Positions 1-8,704 of a stretch of 64,000 bases of DNA are shown in pieces. Below the pieces are notes generated by a model. That model did not search any database. It was not told the DNA's origin and saw only the letters and a program-made list of their open reading frames with translations. Origin of the DNA: a virus; the IMG/VR virus record IMGVR_UViG_3300014501_000016, positions 2,892 through 66,891 of that record. One strand, given 5' to 3'. Numbering within the stretch: the first letter of the stretch is position 1; every line of letters begins with the position of its first letter. Position numbers and translations under genes: made by a program.

Positions 1-2
1 AG

Positions 3-167
3 CGAGCCGAAAGTTTACGCGACAAGCATGAAGCCCTGGCCCGGGAAGTGTCCGAAAGTCACGGCGAGCAGACGGTCTGGTTCTCGATTATCAGCGCCGC
101 CGTGGTCGGAGTCGGCACCATGGCCATTTCGAACATGATGAAACTCAGGAAAGATTCCCAATCGTGA
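3..167 (+). CDS. 3' part of a membrane protein (possible holin or lysis protein), truncated by window edge
   Basis: Open frame ...RAESLRDKHEALAREVSESHGEQTVWFSIISAAVVGVGTMAISNMMKLRKDSQS* with a C-terminal hydrophobic helix; stop overlaps the endolysin GTG (GTGA). Confidence 0.5.
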   Translation, partial: RAESLRDKHEALAREVSESHGEQTVWFSIISAAVVGVGTMAISNMMKLRKDSQS

Positions 168-592
168 CGTTTGACCCAGCCCTGATCGCATTGGCAAAAG
201 CGCGCGCGGCCAATGCCGGGATTGACCCAACGCTCTGTTGCGCGATCTGCGAACAGGAATCCGCGTGGAATCCCTGGGCAATCAGAGACGAGCCGGCTTT
301 TTATGCGCGCTATGTCGCCAAGCTGCATTTGGGCACAACTGAAGCTGCAGCGCGAGCGTTTTCCTGGGGCCTGATGCAGCTGATCGGCGAGACTGCCCGA
401 GAAGAAGGCTACACCGGGGACCTTCCTAAATTGTGCGATCCGCAAACCGGATTAGACTGGGGAACCGTCCACCTGAAGAGGCAGCTAGCTAGGGCGAACG
501 GCGATATTCACTTGGCCTTGCAGTTTTGGAATGGCGGCTCGAACCCGCTTTATGGCACGCAGGTTTTGGCCCGCATGGAGAAATACAGCTAA
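164..592 (+). CDS. Endolysin, soluble lytic transglycosylase (SLT) domain
   Basis: Catalytic motif ICEQESAWNP, GLMQL motif and LALQFWNGG motif typical of SLT lysozyme-like domains. Confidence 0.9.
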   Translation: MTFDPALIALAKARAANAGIDPTLCCAICEQESAWNPWAIRDEPAFYARYVAKLHLGTTEAAARAFSWGLMQLIGETAREEGYTGDLPKLCDPQTGLDWGTVHLKRQLARANGDIHLALQFWNGGSNPLYGTQVLARMEKYS

Positions 593-1101
593 TGGAAATT
601 CCCTTTTTACATCATCACCAGGCGCCGCTTTCACCCGCGTCGACATCAGCACCACTCGAGGTCAAACCTATGAGCACCACCGCTCCCGTTGCCGCATCCG
701 AAACCGTTGGCCAGAAGATCGAAGCCGACTTGAAGAAATTCGTCTCAATTCTGGAACTGGTCGGTCGAGATGCCGAGAAAGGCCTCGTGTACGCGCAGAA
801 ATATGCCGTTCCTGCCGCGTCGCTCGTGTCGCTCATTCTCCCGACAGTCGCACCTGAAGCAGCCGGCGCCGTGACTGCGCTGAACCTGATTCAGAGCGCT
901 GTTCTTGAGGTGAAGGCGAAATCAGCCGCGCTCCCGACTGGATTGACGCCGGAGCAAATGCTTGCCGACGAGGTTCAACTTGTCGAGCCCGCTGTCCTGC
1001 AGTTGCTGGCATCCGAGAAAATCACTGTTCCCGTCAGCGTGCCAAACATCATCCAGGCTGTGGTCGCGATCCTGAACACGCAGCCGGCAGTCGCTGGCTA
1101 A
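592..1101 (+). CDS. Hypothetical amphipathic protein in lysis cassette
   Basis: ATG overlaps endolysin stop (TAATG); alternative start at 670; Ala/Leu/Val-rich helices. Confidence 0.6.
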   Translation: MEIPFLHHHQAPLSPASTSAPLEVKPMSTTAPVAASETVGQKIEADLKKFVSILELVGRDAEKGLVYAQKYAVPAASLVSLILPTVAPEAAGAVTALNLIQSAVLEVKAKSAALPTGLTPEQMLADEVQLVEPAVLQLLASEKITVPVSVPNIIQAVVAILNTQPAVAG

Positions 1102-1141
1102 GCCCACTTCCTGTTTTGCGATCAAATTGAAGGGAGAACCG

Positions 1142-1288
1142 ATGATTATTTTGCTGATCGTGCTCCTGCTCGTTTTCGGCCTCGGCGGCTATCACATGGG
1201 CCCCGGAATCGGCTATTACGGCGGGGGCGGAATCTCGCTGATTATCCTGATCGTCATCGTGCTGTTGCTGTTGGGTGCGATCCGATAA
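1142..1288 (+). CDS. DUF3309-like small two-TM membrane protein (48 aa, not in ORF track)
   Basis: MIILLIVLLLVFGLGGYHMGPGIGYYGGGGISLIILIVIVLLLLGAIR; RBS AGGGAG upstream; hydrophobic, Gly/Tyr loop, hydrophobic layout as in DUF3309. Confidence 0.7.
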   Translation: MIILLIVLLLVFGLGGYHMGPGIGYYGGGGISLIILIVIVLLLLGAIR

Positions 1289-1593
1289 TGCCGTCACTGA
1301 TTTACGTCGCACCAGAAACCGCCCACTGGACACCGGTGAGCACGGAACAATATGCCGCGCTCGTCGAAGCCATGGGCGCGAATCCGGATGCATCGAACCT
1401 GAAGATTGACGATGCAAGCTCGGGCTCGGTCACGTTCCAGAAGATAGATTTCAAGTGGACTTACGCGGCTGAACTACTCCAGGTCATCATTGTCGCGGAC
1501 CATAACTGGAAAGCTGAGTTGGCCGGTAATGAAGCAGTTTTCGCCACGCTCGATAAAAAGCTCATTGCCGCCATTTTGAATTCGCAGGCGTAA
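1288..1593 (+). CDS. Hypothetical protein
   Basis: ATG overlaps previous stop; 101 aa ORF. Confidence 0.6.
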   Translation: MPSLIYVAPETAHWTPVSTEQYAALVEAMGANPDASNLKIDDASSGSVTFQKIDFKWTYAAELLQVIIVADHNWKAELAGNEAVFATLDKKLIAAILNSQA

Positions 1594-1715
1594 AGCGAGA
1601 ACTATTTAAACCTCAGCAAAATGCGGGGCGCGTTACTGTTCGCTCGTTGCTAGGTCTCCGCTTCGCAACTCGCTCAGCCTATCACGAGTCCGAACCGTCA
1701 AGGCAGGTTACCGAA

Positions 1716-1973
1716 ATGCACATTCCGCCACTTGGTCAAATCTGGGCAACGGCCACGACAACCGTAACCATCGCGTCATTCGTGTGCAATATTCTGCCAA
1801 AATCGACCGTGTTCGCAGGCTATCCGCGAGTCAAGAAGGCTTACGAAACCGGAATCAACTTCATCATTGCACTCGCCTTAAACGTCAGATCCTGCATGCC
1901 GAGCCTGAACATCCATTTGCCCGGGCTGGGATTCGATAAGCCGTCTGACCAGGGTGGAAACAAACCGGCGTGA
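1716..1973 (+). CDS. Putative holin-like membrane protein
   Basis: Two moderately hydrophobic segments (ATTTVTIASFVCNIL, GINFIIALALNV) and charged C-terminus, within lysis region. Confidence 0.45.
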   Translation: MHIPPLGQIWATATTTVTIASFVCNILPKSTVFAGYPRVKKAYETGINFIIALALNVRSCMPSLNIHLPGLGFDKPSDQGGNKPA

Positions 1974-2411
1974 AGAGCGGTCCTTACGATTGGCCAGGAC
2001 TTCAAGGTGAGCTTGCGCTGGCCATACTCAGGACGCTGCCGCTCGCAGAAATGAATACGGTACAGATTCAGCGAATCAAGGAGTTGCTGATTCAGGTGGA
2101 CGCACTGCAGGGATTCAATGCACCTGTCGACCATCCGCTCCACTAGGAGGGCAAAATGAGTGAAGAATTCAGGAAGCGATTTGCCTTGCTGTCTCATAAT
2201 GCGCACAAGTCATCAGATCCACGGTTCTTAGAGCTCTGCAACTTGGTCGAAGCGTGGATCGCCGACGAGATAATCAGCGCTGATATCAATACAGCGTCCG
2301 GCTCCATATTTTCCATGCCCATGGAATCGCTTCACTAAAAGTGGCATGGCGCGCCGGCAACCGCGGATTGAAGCTAATTCAACTCTCACTACGAGAGAAC
2401 CAAGGCAGACT

Positions 2412-2439
2412 GGCCGCTCACTCGGGCGGCCGATTTTTA
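2412..2439 (+). terminator. Probable intrinsic terminator
   Basis: GGCCGCTC-ACTC-GGGCGGCC hairpin followed by GATTTTT. Confidence 0.5.
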
Positions 2440-2451
2440 TGGGGACGAGCC

Positions 2452-2685
2452 ATGACAAAGGGATCGCTGATCGAATACCAGGCGCTCAAAATCGCCAAGC
2501 TTGAGCAGGAGAATGAACAATTGCGCATTGCCATCGCCGCGCAGCTATACGGGAATAGCGGTGCATGCGTGCTGAACTTGCGAACTGCTGCGGATAAGTA
2601 CCGTATTGAGGCGCGAGAGTGCTGGACACCGGTGGCACCTATTTGCATCAGCCGCGAAGAGCTGGACGGTCGGCGAACAGCCTAA
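2452..2685 (+). CDS. Hypothetical protein (coiled-coil)
   Basis: MTKGSLIEYQALKIAKLEQENEQLR..., GGGGA RBS upstream. Confidence 0.45.
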   Translation: MTKGSLIEYQALKIAKLEQENEQLRIAIAAQLYGNSGACVLNLRTAADKYRIEARECWTPVAPICISREELDGRRTA

Positions 2686-2947
2686 ACGAAAAAATGGGCC
2701 GCCGATAAGCAGGTTCGCCCATCAGCAGCCCGTCCCCAATGCTGCGTTGTCTCGTGAACCAAGGTTCGACCTGTAACCGTAACCAAGCAATCCAACCAAG
2801 GTGCCATGCCGTGGAGGAGAAAATGAAACTGCATCTTCGCAGATCAAGCGAGTGGTTCTTTGGCAAACACATCTTTCGCAACGAGGACCGTTCATTCCGG
2901 TGTGGCTGGTTCGCTTTAGGCCCAGTCGTTCTGCACATCAACACCTA

Positions 2948-3355
2948 ATGCCGACAGCGCCCAAGAGACCGTGCGCCCAAGGATGTGCGAGCCTGGTCGA
3001 CGCTGGATTCTGTTCGGCTTGCATCACCAAGCGAGCACCAACGCGGGAGACCGCATCCGCTAACGAACGCGGCTATGGCAGGCGGTGGCAGAAGGCATCG
3101 AAAGCTTTTCTCCGAGCTCATCCTTTCGCGGTCGATATCTTCAACCGACATGACGGTCGAATCTACCCTGCAGAGCTGGTTGACCACATTGTCCCGCACC
3201 ATGGCGATATGACGCTGTTCTGGGACGTGAACAACTGGCAGGGGTTGACCAGAGAAGATCACGGTCGCAAGTCTGCCCTCGAGGATGGTGCATTCGGTAA
3301 CGACCGCAAGCCTACCGGTACGGATACACCTTCAAGCTTCCCGCACCGAGGTTGA
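2948..3355 (+). CDS. HNH endonuclease, terminase-associated (HK97 gp74-like)
   Basis: MPTAPKRPC..GC N-terminal Zn motif, RGYGRRWQKAS, VDHIVPHHGD...FWDVNNWQGL...H..K, characteristic of cos-phage packaging HNH. Confidence 0.9.
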   Translation: MPTAPKRPCAQGCASLVDAGFCSACITKRAPTRETASANERGYGRRWQKASKAFLRAHPFAVDIFNRHDGRIYPAELVDHIVPHHGDMTLFWDVNNWQGLTREDHGRKSALEDGAFGNDRKPTGTDTPSSFPHRG

Positions 3356-3469
3356 CGCCTGGGCCTTCGGGGCAACACCGACGCAGTGCTAACAGGCTCA
3401 GCCATCGAGACGCAGCAGAACGAACGCCAGACAGACCCACGCGAGTCAAGCCAGCAAACACTTCCCCGA

Positions 3470-3577
3470 CACTTCCCGGGGGTAGGGGGGGGTGTTTTTC
3501 TTACGGGGATTGCCCCGTAGACACAGCGTCAGAGTCAGCGCTGGATTTCGCAGGTTTCTGAGATTTTTTGAGGTTTT
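3470..3577. other. Probable cos/packaging-initiation region
   Basis: Non-coding stretch after HNH with CCGGGGGTAGGGGGGG G-run and TACGGGG/CCCCGTA hairpin, a layout seen after HNH genes in HK97-like cos phages; exact cut site not determinable. Confidence 0.4.
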
Positions 3578-4156
3578 ATGGCGAGACGGAAAATTTCGAC
3601 AGTTGAGCCGGTGGATCTGGTCCCGTTTTCGGACATCATCCAGGACGATCACAATGCGAACCGGGGAACGAAACGCGGCGGCGAAGTGATCAGAAAGTCG
3701 CTCCAGGACTATGGCGCCGGCCGGTCCGTGTTGCTGGACAAGAATAACCGGCTGATTGCCGGCAACAAGACGCTTGGCCAGGCGGCGGGTGGCGGAATCA
3801 AGGGCGTGCGCATCATCGAGACCGATGGCACGGAACTGATCGCCGTAAAACGGATGGATTTGGACTTGTCGACGGACTCGAAAGCGAAGGGTCTGGCGGT
3901 CGCCGACAATCGGGCCAGTGAATTGTCGCTCGAATGGGACCGGGGCGTGCTGAAGTCCCTGGAGATTGACCTTTCGCCGTTCTGGGACGAGAAGGAATTG
4001 GCCGGGCTGCTCGAGGATAAGCCACTCAAGACCTTGCAGCAGGAGATGAACCTGTCCTACAAGGTGATTGTGCAGTGTGACAGCGAAGCGCATCAGGGCC
4101 AACTCATGCAGAAACTCGAAGCGGAGGGTCTAAAGTGCCTGCTTTTAATTTCATAG
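3578..4156 (+). CDS. ParB/Srx-like N-terminal domain protein
   Basis: HNAN...IRKSLQDYGAGRSVLLDKNNRLIAGN...LAVADNR...EWD motif pattern of phage ParB-like proteins. Confidence 0.8.
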   Translation: MARRKISTVEPVDLVPFSDIIQDDHNANRGTKRGGEVIRKSLQDYGAGRSVLLDKNNRLIAGNKTLGQAAGGGIKGVRIIETDGTELIAVKRMDLDLSTDSKAKGLAVADNRASELSLEWDRGVLKSLEIDLSPFWDEKELAGLLEDKPLKTLQQEMNLSYKVIVQCDSEAHQGQLMQKLEAEGLKCLLLIS

Positions 4157-5247
4157 TCGAGTCGGAGATTGAACAGACGATTCGCGTCCGTCAACTCTCG
4201 GCGATGTTCGATGTGCCGGCGGCCGAACGCGCGCGAATCGAGTTCAAGGGCGATTTGCCTATCGAGACTTTCGATTGGAATGTGGGGCTGATCGTGGGCC
4301 CGTCCGGGTGCGGCAAGTCCTCCATTCTATCGAGGATGTTCGCGGCTCCGCCTGTGCTGGACTGGGGATCCCGGAGCGTGATCGATGACTTCGACAAGGC
4401 TTATTCGATGCAGGACATTTCGGAGATCTGCCAGTCGGTTGGATTCAATACGATACCGGCCTGGATGCGTCCCTTCGCGGTTTTGTCCAATGGGGAACGG
4501 TTCCGGGTCGAGCTCGCGCGCCGGCTGATGACGTCGGAGCCGATCATCGTCATGGACGAGTTTACGTCCGTCGTCGATCGCCAGGTGGCACAGATCGGGG
4601 CCCACGCGGTCCAGAAGTACATCCGCAAGACCGGCAAACGGTTCGTTGCGGCGTCGTGCCACTATGACATCCTCGACTGGCTGCAACCCGACTGGGTTCT
4701 CGAGCCGGCGACCATGAACTTTGCACGGAGGTCACTTCAAGGACGCCCGCCCATTGACGTCGAAATACGGCGCGTCTCGTATGACTACTGGAAAATGTTC
4801 TCTCCATTTCACTATTTGACGGCTGAACTCAACCACGCGGCGGCATGTTTCTGTCTCTTTGTGAATGGGCGGCCGGCGAGTTTCTGCGGCGTGTTGCACC
4901 GTCCGCATGCGAAGGTAAAAAACCTGAAGGCGATCTCCCGTCTGGTCACGTTGCCGGACTGGCAGGGACTCGGGCTGGCACTCATCCTATCGACGAGACT
5001 GGCGGAGGCTTATCGTGCTCTGGGTTTTCGCTTCCGGATGTACCCGGCGCATCCGTCGCTCATTCGCTCATATGCACGGCGCGGCGACCTCTGGGGTTTG
5101 GTCAAGAAGGGCGGAACGTTCAGCCCTCGGGAGGGTCTGACGTCTTCCGCGGTGGGCGCGTTCGGCGGTCGACCCTGCGCAGTGTTTGAGTATATCGGTG
5201 CGCCGATGGAATTGCTGCCAGCCAAAGAGTTTTTGAAGGTGGCTTAG
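4135..5247 (+). CDS. ABC-type ATPase fused to GNAT (Mom-like) acetyltransferase; putative DNA-modification enzyme
   Basis: Walker A GPSGCGKS, signature LSNGE, Walker B IIVMDEF, H-loop SCH; C-terminal FHYL and RLVTLPDWQGLGLA acetyl-CoA-binding motif. Confidence 0.85.
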   Translation: MPAFNFIVESEIEQTIRVRQLSAMFDVPAAERARIEFKGDLPIETFDWNVGLIVGPSGCGKSSILSRMFAAPPVLDWGSRSVIDDFDKAYSMQDISEICQSVGFNTIPAWMRPFAVLSNGERFRVELARRLMTSEPIIVMDEFTSVVDRQVAQIGAHAVQKYIRKTGKRFVAASCHYDILDWLQPDWVLEPATMNFARRSLQGRPPIDVEIRRVSYDYWKMFSPFHYLTAELNHAAACFCLFVNGRPASFCGVLHRPHAKVKNLKAISRLVTLPDWQGLGLALILSTRLAEAYRALGFRFRMYPAHPSLIRSYARRGDLWGLVKKGGTFSPREGLTSSAVGAFGGRPCAVFEYIGAPMELLPAKEFLKVA

Positions 5248-5329
5248 GCATAGGCGCCCCGAAGCCAGGCCTTCGCTAGGGCCATCGGGACGAACCCGAC
5301 GCACTGCGGACGTCTGGAGCGGGAAAACG

Positions 5330-5731
5330 CTAGAGTGTGACGGTGTGCAGAGTTTGCTTTCCCATGTGTGGTTTCGGCTGATCGAGCGGGCGGGGGTTGG
5401 CCAGCACCCAGTGATAGTGTCCGGGCATTGCCCAACGCGATCGCGAGTTCGTGACGATCTCGATCAACTCGACGGTGCCGAGGATGGCGCCGATGACGAG
5501 CTTGTCGGGGTCGAGTCCAAGCGTGGCGCAGATGGCTGGGTCGAGACGTCTGCCAGCATGGATTGCGAGCCGGCCGCGGTGTTCAGTCGACCAGGTCCGG
5601 TTCTCGACGTCTTTGCCGAGTTGAAAGATTGCGGCCGCCCAATGCGCGTGAAGAGTCAAACAGGGCAATGTCATTGAACCAGACTCCGGGATGAGGCAGT
5701 CGGAAAGTTCTCCGTAGGTGAATAACATCAC
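5330..5731 (-). CDS. ASCH domain protein
   Basis: LTLHAHWAAAIFQLGKDVENRTWSTEHRGRLAIHAG...GAILGTVEL...HWVL.NP, ASCH consensus (GxKxxExR). Confidence 0.85.
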   Translation of the reverse strand: MMLFTYGELSDCLIPESGSMTLPCLTLHAHWAAAIFQLGKDVENRTWSTEHRGRLAIHAGRRLDPAICATLGLDPDKLVIGAILGTVELIEIVTNSRSRWAMPGHYHWVLANPRPLDQPKPHMGKQTLHTVTL

Positions 5732-6780
5732 GCCTTCATCCCGGCGACAAGCGACATCGCCTGTTCAAAACTCTCCCGTTTGACCAGGAGACAGGGCTGT
5801 TTTGGCGCGCGTGGCAGGTTGCTGGTTCTAACGTCTCGGATGAGAGTCTCGACCGAGTGCGAGATTAGCAAGCGGTCGATGCGTTTCAGGCGGTCGACGG
5901 CCTGGCCGGCATAGACTCGCTTCCACTGGGGCACGTAACGGCCGGCTGGGTTCGGTTCAGGAGCTGGTCTGCAGTGTTTCGGCGGCTCAGATTTTGGCTC
6001 TGGCTCGATAACCGGAACGGGACGCGGGGCGCCGGTGAGAATGTCTACTTGCATTCTCATCAGCGATTCGCGGATTCCTCCACCGCGAGCGAGCTGATGG
6101 AAGTATGTGCTGTCAACGTCGAAGTCGGGAGCCTCTTTGGTCCAGACGCGCATCAGGTATTCGCTCAGTGCATCCTCCGTGAGTGGCTCGAAGGGGATCA
6201 CCATGCAGCGGCTTAGAAAGCGTTTCTCAAGCGTTTTGGGCGGGACGATTCCCTGATCGCCGGTTCCGTTGGCGGTGAAAATCCAGATGATCGGGGGCGG
6301 CGACTGTCGCATGGACGCGCCTCCGAATCCGGTAACGAGTGAGGCGGTTGCGTCGAGTCGGGACAAAAACTGAATCTGGGCCTTTTCGCTCATCTGATCC
6401 GCTTCGTCGACCAGACAGACCCAGAACTTACCTTTGGGCGGGTGATAGGCGAATCGATCGCGCAGGCTGTCGAGGGTAGCGACGTCGCACTTCTGCGACT
6501 GGATGTGGACCAGGCTGGCTTCTAGATCATCGGCGAAACAGAGACCGGCAATCGTCTTTCCGATTCCTGGATTGCCGACAAAGAGCATGGCGCAGGCTCG
6601 CGGTGCCTTTACGAGTGCGTTGAGGATTCGGCGCGGCGCAGTGAGCCCGACCATGTCGTCGAGCTTGCGGGGCTGATATTTCTCCGCGAGGGTGAGCGGA
6701 AAGGCGATCACGGGCTGGTCGTCTTCCGCGAAGCCAAAGGGTGACTGCGGGTCTTGGGCGAAGATTGTTTGCGTGTTCAT
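5728..6780 (-). CDS. Clamp-loader-like AAA+ ATPase (RFC/DnaX family) with C-terminal extension
   Basis: LAEKYQPRKLDDMVG, Walker A GNPGIGKT, Walker B LVDEADQM, sensor-1 FTAN, SRC arginine finger; RBS GGAG before ATG 6780. Confidence 0.8.
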   Translation of the reverse strand: MNTQTIFAQDPQSPFGFAEDDQPVIAFPLTLAEKYQPRKLDDMVGLTAPRRILNALVKAPRACAMLFVGNPGIGKTIAGLCFADDLEASLVHIQSQKCDVATLDSLRDRFAYHPPKGKFWVCLVDEADQMSEKAQIQFLSRLDATASLVTGFGGASMRQSPPPIIWIFTANGTGDQGIVPPKTLEKRFLSRCMVIPFEPLTEDALSEYLMRVWTKEAPDFDVDSTYFHQLARGGGIRESLMRMQVDILTGAPRPVPVIEPEPKSEPPKHCRPAPEPNPAGRYVPQWKRVYAGQAVDRLKRIDRLLISHSVETLIRDVRTSNLPRAPKQPCLLVKRESFEQAMSLVAGMKA

Positions 6781-7352
6781 TTGATCTCCGCTTTCGGGAA
6801 ACACTCGACGCTGGCGTGATACCAGCGGGCCGAGGTTGAGTCTTGCGTGTGTCCAGTCGAGGAGGAACACCGGCGGTGATGCGCATCGCTGCGTTCGCCG
6901 CAGTTGCAATACCATGCGGTTAGTTTCTGGAGGCATCGTTCTGCGGCAGCCTCGGTATGATGTTTGTGGCCGCAGTGCGCGCTTATCTCGTACTCGCAGT
7001 TTCCGCCATCGCGATCTTGGGTCCACGAGTTGGGGTCTCGAACCACGACAGAAAAGGTGCGCCCATCCCACACCGGGCGGGGAGTCTTTACTGCGACTGC
7101 ATCTGGCCAGGCGCAAGCGGTAATGCCGGAGCCATGCAAAGCGTTTTCCGCCGCCCACGCCGCCGAAGAGTGTGTAAAGTAAGACGGCTTGAGACTCGCA
7201 TTGAGCTGAGCAATCTTGGCATGGATATAGGCATGTTGATCGGTGGGGATGTCAGAGGGTATGCGGGCTACGATGGTGGGCTGATACATTGTTTGGCTTG
7301 TCATGATGTCCTCCCGGACGTTTTCGAATTGAGGGCGAGTATACGTCATCAC
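6777..7352 (-). CDS. Hypothetical protein with Cys/His-rich C-terminal half
   Basis: HCGHKHHTEAAAERC, CNC, HHRRC; translationally coupled to the AAA+ gene. Confidence 0.65.
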   Translation of the reverse strand: MMTYTRPQFENVREDIMTSQTMYQPTIVARIPSDIPTDQHAYIHAKIAQLNASLKPSYFTHSSAAWAAENALHGSGITACAWPDAVAVKTPRPVWDGRTFSVVVRDPNSWTQDRDGGNCEYEISAHCGHKHHTEAAAERCLQKLTAWYCNCGERSDAHHRRCSSSTGHTQDSTSARWYHASVECFPKAEIK

Positions 7353-7448
7353 TCACTCCCCGGTGACGCTGTCGGCTAGATATGTCGATAAAATTATGAG
7401 CGCGGCGGAAATCGCCGGGCTGAAACAGATGGCAAGAAAGACGTTCAC
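7353..7448 (-). CDS. Small hydrophobic peptide (31 aa, not in ORF track)
   Basis: MNVFLAICFSPAISAALIILSTYLADSVTGE from GTG with GAGGT RBS; stop abuts next gene start. Confidence 0.4.
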   Translation of the reverse strand: MNVFLAICFSPAISAALIILSTYLADSVTGE

Positions 7449-7517
7449 GGGCGCACCTCGGGCGTTGGGTTGTGGGCGAGGGGTGAGCTCGCCCGTGTTC
7501 AAGTGGATCAAGGAATT

Positions 7518-8433
7518 TTAGGCGGCGGCGGCGGCGGTCTTGAGTTCCGCCATTTTCTCGGCGAGCGTCCACAGGGCGCGATTCAGTTTGACGTCCTGAT
7601 CGATGCCGTTGACGGTCCGCGTGGTGACGTTGCGACGTTGACGCCGGCCGCGCTCATCGGTCGTGATCGCGATGCCGTGAAGTCCGCCCTTGATGACGTT
7701 CTCCTGGACGACGTTCAAGGGTACGCCACAGATCGGATGCGGCGGTGTTATGGCCGTAGCCGCGGTCCTGGGCATCTTCGGCGCGGCGCGGGGAGAGTAG
7801 CTGGGCGGGAGTAATCGGGGTCGTGACTTCGCCTTCAGAGTTGGCGAAACGGAGTTCGTGGGCAGCAGCAGCGAAAATCTGTTGTTCGCCATTGGTCAAC
7901 TGAAGGCGCGACCAATCGCTCACGACGTCGAGGGCCTTCACGCTGCGATCGATGACGGCGAAAGATCCTTCGATCACCTGATGGACGATGTTGCCGGTGT
8001 GGTTGACTTTGAGGGTCTGGCCGCCGGGCTGGCTGACGAACATCCCGTTTAGGCACGTAAGACGATACATGGCTTCCATCAGCCAATAGGAAGATGAGCC
8101 GTCGTGGGAGTTCATGAGGGCAACTTCGGGAACAACGTCGCCAACTTGGCGGGCGATATCGGTCGAGACATGACGGAAACGGATCATGTGTTTTGTGAAA
8201 TCCTGCTTCCCCTCGACGCGGGTGCGGCTCTGCACTGCGGAGAAGGGCTGGAATCCTTCGCGCATCAGGGCATTGATGACGTCGCCGGTCGGGACGTAAG
8301 CGTAACGGCTGGAGCGGGATTCGTGAGGGGCAGGAGCGAAAGCAGAGGGCGCGAACTTGCGGACTGCTTCGAGGGTGATGGGCTGTTGGACTCGGTTGAT
8401 GGACGTCGGGCGGGGTGCGGTGAAAGTGTTCAT
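7518..8433 (-). pseudogene. DUF932 family protein, split by a one-base frameshift near 7715-7722
   Basis: N-part SRSSRYAYVPT...KHMIRFR...NSHDGSSSY...RLTCLNG ends DLWRTL; C-part LNVVQENVIKGG...TRTVNGIDQDVKLNRALW is in another frame. Confidence 0.8.
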
Positions 8434-8489
8434 TTTCGTCTCCTGATTGCGACTTGGTAGGTCGCGTTCGTTTCTGTCTAACAAGGTCA

Positions 8490-8517
8490 ACTCTATCGGA
8501 CCACCGCTAGGTGTCAA
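8490..8517 (-). promoter_or_regulatory. Sigma70-type promoter for the leftward DUF932 operon
   Basis: Minus strand TTGACA (8517-8512), 16 nt spacer, TAGAGT (8495-8490), upstream of AGGAGA RBS and ATG 8433. Confidence 0.65.
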
Positions 8518-8704
8518 GGAAAAAGCCGGTGCCTATCCTTAGTTAAATCAAGTACATAGGGAAAATCTCCAGGGAAGAGAAGGGAAAGCGAAGGGCCGGG
8601 GCTTACGTACCCCGATTGGGAGATTACCAGTCCCCACGCCCCGCTTACGTATCAGAAGAACGCACGGCGAAGGACATCAGTGTAGCAGTCACAGCCGAGG
8701 AAAA

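Noticed and set aside
4135-5247. ABC transporter
   Set aside because: No permease or binding protein nearby; the ATPase is fused to a GNAT domain
6781-7158. N-terminal extension of the 476-aa AAA+ ORF in the track
   Set aside because: Overlaps the 6777-7352 gene; RBS and RFC-like motifs support a start at 6780
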